DNA of 14,982 nt. It comes from Pseudomonadota bacterium. GTDB lineage: Archaea; Thermoplasmatota; SW-10-69-26; JACQPN01; JAJPHT01. Below, piece after piece: positions 7,601 through 12,246 of the stretch; position 1 is the stretch's first letter, and each line of letters starts with the position of its first letter. The notes under the pieces were generated by a model. The model was not told the DNA's origin. It made no database searches and saw only the letters and a list, made by a program, of their open reading frames with translations. The stretch covers positions 1 to 14,982 of the forward strand of contig JAJPHT010000047.1 in NCBI GenBank assembly GCA_021325135.1, in the 5' to 3' direction. The translations under genes were made by a program, and so were the position numbers.

Positions 7601-9688
7601 CACGACCGCGTCGTGGGCGACCTTCTCGATGCTGATGGTGGACTCGGGCGGCACCTCGTCGCAGATCACCAGCGTGGAGGCCCACGCGACGTTGTTGGAC
7701 GTGTCGCTGTCGTGGTCCGCGCTGACGAAGGCGAGGTTGTTGATGAAGCCGCAGTCGCAGTTCGGGTCCGTGGCGGGCGCGCCGGTCACGCCGGTGAGCG
7801 TGATGTCCCGGGACTCGCCCGCGGGCACGTCGCCGAAGGAGCACGTCAGGATGGAGCCCGAGATGCTGCACGCCCCGGCGTCGGGGCCGCCCACGGTCCA
7901 GCCGCCGCTGATGCCGGGCAGGTTGTCCGTGAGCGTGACGTTGGTGGACGCGCCGGGGCCCAGCGCGTGGACCGCGACGTCGAAGACGACGTCCTCGCCC
8001 TTCTGCACGGCGGCGTTGCGGGCGTGCTTCTCCACGCTCACGTCCGAGGCAAGGCACTCCAGGACCGCCGTCGCGGAGGCCTCGTCGTTGCCATGCTCGG
8101 TGTCAAGGTCCGCGTGGACGTGGGCCACGTTGAAGTGCCGGCCGCAGTCCTGCCCGGTCGTCGCGGTGGTGACCGTGACGCTGGCGGTGGCGTTGGACGC
8201 CATGTCGCCGAAGCTGCACGAGAGCGCGCCTTCAGAGATGGAGCAGCTCCCGGCGTCGGGGCCGGAGATCGCCCACTCGCCCGGGGGCAGCGGGTCGGTC
8301 AGCGTGACGCCCGTCGCCGTCTCGGGGCCCAGGCTCGTGACGTTGAGGATGAACCCGATGGCGTCGGGGGGCGAGGCGCCGCTGATGGCGTCCTTGCTCA
8401 GCGAGACGTCGGCGCACGCGACGTGCGCGAACGCGGTGGAGGCGTCCCGGGAGGCGCCGTCGTTGGCGCTGACGAACGCGGTGTTCCACCAGTCGCCGCA
8501 ATCCGCGGGGCTGCCGGTCGTCGTGGTGAGCGTGACGGAGGCGCTGCTATCGACGGGCATCGTGCCGAAGTGGCAGATGAGCTGCCCGTCCGCGATGGCG
8601 CACGCGTCCGCGTCGGGGCCCGAGAGCGTCCAGCCGGAGCCCACGAGGGGGAGCGTGTCGTTGAGCGTGACGTCCTGCGCCGCGTCGGGGCCGGAGCTCG
8701 TCACGGTGATGGTGTAGGAGAGGTCCTCGCCCAAGGCGATGGGGCCTTCGGGGCCGACCTTCTCGACGCTGATGGTGGACTCGGGCGTGACGCCCTTGCA
8801 GTCCTGGGTGATCTTGCCGTTGTTGTAGTCGTCCAGCGTCGCGGAGAGGTTGACCATCGCGGAGCCGGTGAAGCTCGTGGACGAGACGCCGTAGGGCAGC
8901 GGCCCGCTGAAGCCCGCGAGGAGCGCGTCCGCGCCGGCGATGGCCGACGCGATGGGCGCGTCGTCGGTGCCGTGCGCGACGTTGAGCTTCGCCGCGATGA
9001 GCTGGTGCGCGAGGATGAGGCTGGCGTCGCCCGCGGGTGGCGTGCCGAAGATGGTGAGGAGCTGGGCCTGCGTGTAGGTCCAGTTGCCCAGGGTCAGCGA
9101 GAGGACGGGCCACGCGCTGGCGTGGTTCTTCCAGTAGCCCTGGGTGAGGGGCGCGCAGGGCGCGCTCTCGCCGCTGCCGCCGCTGTCCTGGCTGCCTCCG
9201 CCCGGGGTGGAGCCCCCGTTGCCGGTGAAGCTGCCGCCGCCGCCCCCCTGGCCCCCGCTGCCTCCGCCGTTGTTGTCGTGGGTCCCGCCGCTGGAGTCGC
9301 CGCCCCCGTGGTTGGTGCCTCCGTCGCCGCCGCTTCCGCTCCCGTCTCCGCCTTCGCCCCCGTCGTGGGACTGAGGGCTCGCGATGGGCGAGTCGGACCC
9401 TCCCGCCGGGCCGCTTCCGCCGGAGCCGTTCCCGCTGCCGCCTCCGTTCCCGTTCCCGCTTCCGCCTTGCCCGTTCCCATGGTCGCTGGAGCCTTCGCTC
9501 CCGGTTCCCTGCCCGTGATCGCTCCCGTTGCCGGAACCCCCGGACTTCGCCGAGGCCTGGCCCAGGAGGCCCGACGTGGAGCCGCCCGAGCCGGCGGGGG
9601 GCGCCAGCGTGATCGACGGCAGGGCCGTCATGACGAGCGTGCCGACGACGACGCCGATGATCAGGGCTTGCAGGTTTCGGGGGAACAT
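1637..9688 (-). CDS. Giant secreted/cell-surface protein (~2,683 aa): N-terminal hydrophobic signal/anchor, Gly/Ser linker, TQGYWKNH domain, 18 DUF11-like Ig repeats, second TQGYWKNH domain
   Basis: Strong GC3-biased ORF. Hydrophobic N-terminus LQALIIGVVVGTLVMTAL. Repeats of ~124 aa with consensus DVxVxK...FTIxVTSxGPDxAxNVTLxDxLP...W...C-x8-C-xFG...DCG..NTAxV..DxNPxND, typical of DUF11-like domains. Many N-x-T sequons. ATG 9688 with upstream GGTG is preferred over TTG 9727. Confidence 0.92.
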   Translation of the reverse strand: MFPRNLQALIIGVVVGTLVMTALPSITLAPPAGSGGSTSGLLGQASAKSGGSGNGSDHGQGTGSEGSSDHGNGQGGSGNGNGGGSGNGSGGSGPAGGSDSPIASPQSHDGGEGGDGSGSGGDGGTNHGGGDSSGGTHDNNGGGSGGQGGGGGSFTGNGGSTPGGGSQDSGGSGESAPCAPLTQGYWKNHASAWPVLSLTLGNWTYTQAQLLTIFGTPPAGDASLILAHQLIAAKLNVAHGTDDAPIASAIAGADALLAGFSGPLPYGVSSTSFTGSAMVNLSATLDDYNNGKITQDCKGVTPESTISVEKVGPEGPIALGEDLSYTITVTSSGPDAAQDVTLNDTLPLVGSGWTLSGPDADACAIADGQLICHFGTMPVDSSASVTLTTTTGSPADCGDWWNTAFVSANDGASRDASTAFAHVACADVSLSKDAISGASPPDAIGFILNVTSLGPETATGVTLTDPLPPGEWAISGPDAGSCSISEGALSCSFGDMASNATASVTVTTATTGQDCGRHFNVAHVHADLDTEHGNDEASATAVLECLASDVSVEKHARNAAVQKGEDVVFDVAVHALGPGASTNVTLTDNLPGISGGWTVGGPDAGACSISGSILTCSFGDVPAGESRDITLTGVTGAPATDPNCDCGFINNLAFVSADHDSDTSNNVAWASTLVICDEVPPESTISIEKVAHDAVVPLGSDVAFDVTVTNSGSNPASLVNVSDVLPPVSGGWTLSGPDAGSCTLVGLGLSCHFGTLGPFESRTITITGHTGEESDCGVVDNIAFVTVSGKTVDSSEAAVQVVCGDVSVDKVAAEPVIAPGDDAVFTLTVHSNGPGPAINVTLTDTLPPISGGWALGGDDAADCTLDGLSLSCGFGNLSEGATRSVTLTGATALDATDCGDHPNTAFVAADVELDLENNAGYALIHVSCSDVGVDKEPLSASVNLGSEGGFRIVVTSFGPEAAQDVSLVDALPAIEGAWTLAGPDAEACDVVNGTVACSFGSLDPNETRSITLLADFTSTYDCGDVANSALVSAAIDTNGQNNQDEASFHVACSDVGVQKTADAAEVDHGDAVGFTIVVTSFGPDAAENVTLHDLLPALSGGWTVEYNGTGSCSIALSALDCAFGTIAPNDTRSVHITGLTGAERCCDCGNVNNLVGVKADVDTNPDNDEAAASTHVVCSDVKVEKSAIHPAIYLGGVAGFAITVTSLGPDSASGVVLTDALPPVSGGWTLGEGAPEGCSISEGALTCDLGTLPSGGSVTVFVYGQTGSSEDCGALDNTATVTADVDLHGANGQDSAQVQVICADVQVQKTADAPSVSAGDAMGFTLVATSNGPDDAVNVTLTDTLPPLAGGWTLGGPDAESCSISEGVLSCSFGDLPKGATRTLTLSGASSTEDCGWIVNLATVHADSDTNPENDGSMASIYVRCADVQVEKTALHETVLPGGTAGFQIVVTSNGPDAATNVTLDDWLPSASGAWQVSGPDAEACTLEGDHLTCSFGALGSGETATILVTTETSLDDCGTLENTARVAADLDLDGGNDASSAYVHVACSDVGVVKTPDKDVVDKGDKLGFTVVVTANGPDDSTNVTLTDLLPAISGGWTVDGPDAADCAIASDVLSCAFGTLASGETRTIHISAQTTFQTPECDCGYINNLVAVGSDFDTNPHNDHAHASVYVRCEDVGVVKETQAIVAPHSPVQFNLTVTSHGPDPATNVTLTDTLPALTGAWTLGGPDAGDCTLAGLALSCAFGTMPDGATRSVTLSADTTREDCGDVSNTAHVASDHDRFPENNQSTATALVDCSVPPESTISLEKVALDAQVDLGQTLGFSLTLTNSGPDAAENATLYDTLPDVGAAWSLSGPDAADCALTGLNLTCLFGTVEVFGQRAVTVMATPTSTEACGPVENVALVFANDGGSADRSGDSVSVRCGDPGVEKTAFHETVDAGSEDGFTIVVSSHGPDAATNVTLTDELPPIGSGWTLGGPDAEACSVSEGTLTCDFGDVPAGQTRTITLTGTPGAQDCDGIVNTAHVAGSLDTNPDNDASTASFSVRCGDVTVQKTARAPWVAPGSDAIFDVTVTSLGPGPAFNVTLADALPAVSGGWTLSGPDSADCSLAGLSLSCGFGDLPSGATRTVTLTGHTTLEECSDTLRNTARVAADVDLNPENDASYAAIHVTCSDVTVEKRALEPSVPAGGVVRFEVVATSLGPDPATNVTIHDLLPPMNGGWTLGGPDAADCAINATLLTLDCGFGTLSAGENATVDLFGQTIVDPECICGNINNLVFVSADVDLNKANDFAWATEFVDCTPVAPPESALSVEKVALQDPVPFNGTIGFGITVTNSGPDAAQNATLNDTLPDVSGSWTLGGADAADCSIANGTLACGFGAIEVFGSRSITLTAPASMEDCGVVPNTVFVSANGGLSQDRSSATVHVTCADVGVQKTANEPTVKAGDPLTFTIVVTSYGPDAATGVVLTDALPPMDNNWTFGGDSGDCALAALTLTCSFGTLQPGEHRTITATVVTDVSDGCVALTNTAGVGADVDTNASNDHASATAGISSCKCACPLTQGYWKNHPYSWPVGSLTLGSQTYTKAQLLAILGTSVTGDASVNLAHQLIAAKLNVARGTDPPPIASTLAAADALLATFGGALPYHVTPSSATGIQMTALASTLDQYNNRLLTPQCPPETGWWTPK
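2039..8785 (-). repeat. Array of 18 tandem, diverged ~370-bp DUF11-like domain repeats within the giant gene
   Basis: Counted manually from the translation. Recurring plus-strand DNA motifs such as gcgtcggggcc and agcgtgacgtt appear with ~370-bp periodicity. Confidence 0.9.
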
Positions 9689-9689
9689 G

Positions 9690-9792
9690 GGGACACCGGG
9701 GAGGCTTGGCCGTCGGGGTGACGGCAAAGCCTCCCAGCGGTCCCGCGGGCTACTATCCTTGCAGCGTCACAGTGGATGTGACATCCGCAAGG
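9690..9792 (-). promoter_or_regulatory. Tandem stem-loops immediately upstream of the giant-protein start codon
   Basis: 16-bp stem with one mismatch (9699-9714/9720-9735), extended by 9690-9698/9738-9744. Second stem CCTTGC..GTCACA/TGTGAC..GCAAGG (9757-9792). Confidence 0.55.
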
Positions 9793-9859
9793 CTCGCACG
9801 ATGGCGAAGCCGGACTTTCCTGGGGATTCTAACCCTGGAGCCCCGGCGCCCTTCTCTTC

Positions 9860-11890
9860 TCACGGGGTCGTCAGCGCCTTCGAGGTCGCCACGTTGGACG
9901 CGCGGTCGTACGTCCAGCCCGAGAGGAGGACGTCCGAGACGGTGAGCGTGTACGTGGCGCCGGGCGTCGTGGGCGCGTCGACGCGGAAGCTCGCGACGCC
10001 GTTGGAGCCCGTGGACGCGAGGAGCGTCTGGTTGCCCGACGCGGAGGCGATCGTCACGGTGAGCTTCGCGTTGGCGACGGCCGCGCCGCTCGCGGCCACG
10101 ACGCTGACGGTCCAGGTGAGGCGGTCCGCGTTGGGCATCTTCTTCACGGAGCCATCCAGCGCGCCGACGTGGAGGGCGGACGCAGGCGCGGGGGGCGCGG
10201 CCGGCGCGGAGACGGTCACGCTGGCCGTCCGGCTCGCGGTGGCGCCCTGGTTGTCGGTCACGGTGAGCGTGACGGAGTACGTGCCCGCGCTGGCGTAGGC
10301 GTGGCCCGCCGTGCGGCCGCTGCCCGTGGCGCCGTCGCCCCAGGCCCACGACCAGGAGGCGATGCTCCCGTCGGGGTCCGAGGAGGCGCTGCCGTCCGCG
10401 CTGGCGCTGAGGTTCGCCGCGCTCCACGAGAACGACGCAACGGGCGGCTGGTTGGGCGCGACGACCGTGACGCTCGCGCTGGCGGTCCCCATCGCGCCCT
10501 GGTTGTCCGTCACCGTGAGCGCGATGGTGTAGGTGCCGGCGGCCGCGTAGGCGTGGCTGGCGGTGGCGCTCGCGGTGGCGGGCGTCGTCTGGCCGTCGCC
10601 CCACGCCCACGCGTAGCCGGCGATGGAGCCGTCCGCGTCGCGGGAGGCGGAGGCATCCACGGACATGGAGAGGCCCGACGCCGTGGAGGCGAACGACGCC
10701 GTGGGCGCCATGTTGGCAGCGGGGGGCGCGGCCTTCACGGCCGCGACAAGCGCGCCCATGTCCATGATGCCGTAGCCATAGGCCGCGTCGCGGCCCGCGG
10801 AGCCCAGGTCCTTCGCGGTGGCGTCGAGCTTCGCGCGCAGGTCCGCGTTGGTGATGGAGGGGTTGGCCGAGATGGCGAGGGCCAGGGCGCCCGCGACGTG
10901 GGGCACGCTGATGCTCGTGCCGCTCATGATGCCGTAGGTGTTGTTGCGGTACGTCGTCTCGATGCTCTTGCCCGGCGCCGCGATCTCGACCTCGGGGCCG
11001 GCGCTGGAGAAGTAGCACTGCGCGTTGGAGGAGTCCGTGCAGCCCACCGCGATGACGTGGGGCTGCGCCGCGGGCCACGAGACGCAGTTGGAGCAGGGGC
11101 CGTCGTTGCCCGCGGAGCCCACGAGGACGACGCCCTTGGACCACGCGTACTCGATGGCGTCGTTGGTCGCCTGGTCGTAGCAGCCCGCGCAGCCCAGCGA
11201 CATGGCGATGACGCGCGCGCCGTGGTCCGCCGCGTAGCGGATGGAGGACGCGACCGCCGAGAAGGGGCCGTTGCAGACGCCGTTGGCCATGCCCATGGCC
11301 TTCAGCGGCATGATGGAGACCTGCGCCGCGCCCGCGATGCCCAGCGCGTTGTTCATGGACGCGCCCACGACGCCCGCGACGCCGGTGCCGTGGCCGCAGT
11401 CGTCGTTGGGGTCCGCGTCGTTGTTCACGAAGTCCCAGCCGGGCAGCATGCGCGCGCCTGCGAGGTCGGCGTGCGTGCGCTCGACGCCCGTGTCCACCAG
11501 CGCGACGATGACGCTGGCGGAGCCGTTGGTGACGTTCCACGCGCCCGTAGCGTTGAGGTGCGTCCAGGCGTACTGCTGCGCGTAGAGGGGGTCGTTGGGG
11601 ATCGCCTCGGCGTGGGCGACGCCGTCGCGCTGGACGTAGCGCACGTTGGGGTCCGCGCGCGCCCGCGCCTCGGTCGCCTGCGCGTCGGCCGCGTGCACGA
11701 CCGCGAAGCCCAGCGCCTCGTCGACGCGCGCCACAGCGTCGGGGCCGTAGTGCCCGGCGCGCACCTCCGCGGGGAGATGCGCGAAGCCGACGACCAGGTC
11801 CGCGGGCGTCGCGGTCCGGGCGCCGGCCACGGGCAGGGCGCTGGCGAGGATGGTCAGCAGGACGAGGGTCGAGCGCGAGGGGGCGGCCAA
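9860..11890 (-). CDS. Secreted S8 (subtilisin/thermitase-like) serine protease with propeptide, two PKD domains and a C-terminal Ig-like domain (~676 aa)
   Basis: Triad D (VALVDTG, 11492-11494), H (CGHGTGVAG, 11390-11392), S (SGTSISVPHVAG, 10913-10915); oxyanion N (SAGNDG); PNDPLY..QY mature N-terminus. Two PKD units with W-x-WGDG and GTY..LTVTDNQG (about 10714-10463 and 10453-10211). Start TTG 11890 (GGAG 8 nt upstream, gives signal peptide MAAPSRSTLVLLTILASALPVAGA) is preferred over ATG 11995. Confidence 0.93.
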   Translation of the reverse strand: MAAPSRSTLVLLTILASALPVAGARTATPADLVVGFAHLPAEVRAGHYGPDAVARVDEALGFAVVHAADAQATEARARADPNVRYVQRDGVAHAEAIPNDPLYAQQYAWTHLNATGAWNVTNGSASVIVALVDTGVERTHADLAGARMLPGWDFVNNDADPNDDCGHGTGVAGVVGASMNNALGIAGAAQVSIMPLKAMGMANGVCNGPFSAVASSIRYAADHGARVIAMSLGCAGCYDQATNDAIEYAWSKGVVLVGSAGNDGPCSNCVSWPAAQPHVIAVGCTDSSNAQCYFSSAGPEVEIAAPGKSIETTYRNNTYGIMSGTSISVPHVAGALALAISANPSITNADLRAKLDATAKDLGSAGRDAAYGYGIMDMGALVAAVKAAPPAANMAPTASFASTASGLSMSVDASASRDADGSIAGYAWAWGDGQTTPATASATASHAYAAAGTYTIALTVTDNQGAMGTASASVTVVAPNQPPVASFSWSAANLSASADGSASSDPDGSIASWSWAWGDGATGSGRTAGHAYASAGTYSVTLTVTDNQGATASRTASVTVSAPAAPPAPASALHVGALDGSVKKMPNADRLTWTVSVVAASGAAVANAKLTVTIASASGNQTLLASTGSNGVASFRVDAPTTPGATYTLTVSDVLLSGWTYDRASNVATSKALTTP

Positions 11891-12084
11891 GGGTCCAGCT
11901 CCGGGGACGACGGTCCTGCGGCAGGTTGTATTTCTGGGTTTGGCAACCAAAGGATCAAGTAGGGGCTTCAGGGCCGCGCCGGCTGGCGGGCTCATGCATC
12001 GGCGTTACGGACCCGGCGGTGAGGTGGCATTGACATTTCTCCGACGCTCGGGGCGAATTCATGCCAGCGGGTCGGGTTCCAGGA

Positions 12085-12103
12085 TTTATACCCACATGTG
12101 GGT
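12085..12103. promoter_or_regulatory. TATA box (TTTATA / TATAAAT on minus) abutting a perfect 14-bp palindrome ACCCACATGTGGGT (candidate operator)
   Basis: Directly visible: ggaTTTATAcccacatgtgggt; palindrome at 12090-12103. Confidence 0.6.
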
Positions 12104-12207
12104 TGGAAAACCGGAAGGGGCTTGTTGGAGCGCAGAACGGGGGCCGGGCGCGTCTCGGAACGACCCGGGGCGGCGTTGCGCCGCGGATTCACCTGCGCTC
12201 CTCTCCC

Positions 12208-12222
12208 CGAAGGGTCTTTGAG
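12208..12222 (+). promoter_or_regulatory. Possible BRE/TATA-like promoter for a leaderless DHH-gene transcript
   Basis: CGAAgggtCTTTGAg with TTTG 30 nt upstream of ATG 12247, and no SD before that ATG. Confidence 0.35.
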
Positions 12223-12246
12223 CGCCCGGCCCCCATCGCCGCCCCG

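Noticed and set aside
2039-8785. CRISPR array, or DGR/shufflon-type variable repeats, in the periodic region
   Set aside because: Periodicity (~370 bp) is protein-domain repetition with diverged copies. There are no identical short repeats with spacers, and no reverse transcriptase or adenine-specific template/variable pair is visible.
1607-9721. 2,704-aa plus-strand ORF antisense to the giant gene
   Set aside because: Same codon register as the real gene. It stays open because TTA, CTA and TCA codons are avoided in this GC3-rich gene. The product is R/G/V/A-rich with no domain signal.
9689-9727. Twin-arginine-like SPRRPSL if TTG 9727 is the start
   Set aside because: Poor match to S/T-R-R-x-F-L, and this region is occupied by the hairpin. 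ATG 9688 is more plausible.
9716-9740. GACGGCAAAGCCTCC resembles part of the c-di-GMP-I riboswitch
   Set aside because: Wrong strand for the downstream gene, lacks the GGCAAAC/GNRA P2 element, and is explained as one arm of the long hairpin.
12117-12208. tRNA or tRNA remnant as an integration target
   Set aside because: No T-arm GTTCRA, D-arm or 7-nt anticodon loop geometry on either strand.
11994-12221. Possible 75-aa small ORF (MHRRYGPGG...) in the intergenic region
   Set aside because: Lacks the host GC3 bias, runs across a TATA box, palindrome and stem-loops, and has no recognisable features.
1565-12246. cgccgcccc near both island ends as a target-site duplication
   Set aside because: Short pure-GC word expected by chance in this genome, and the left copy is part of the terminator stem.
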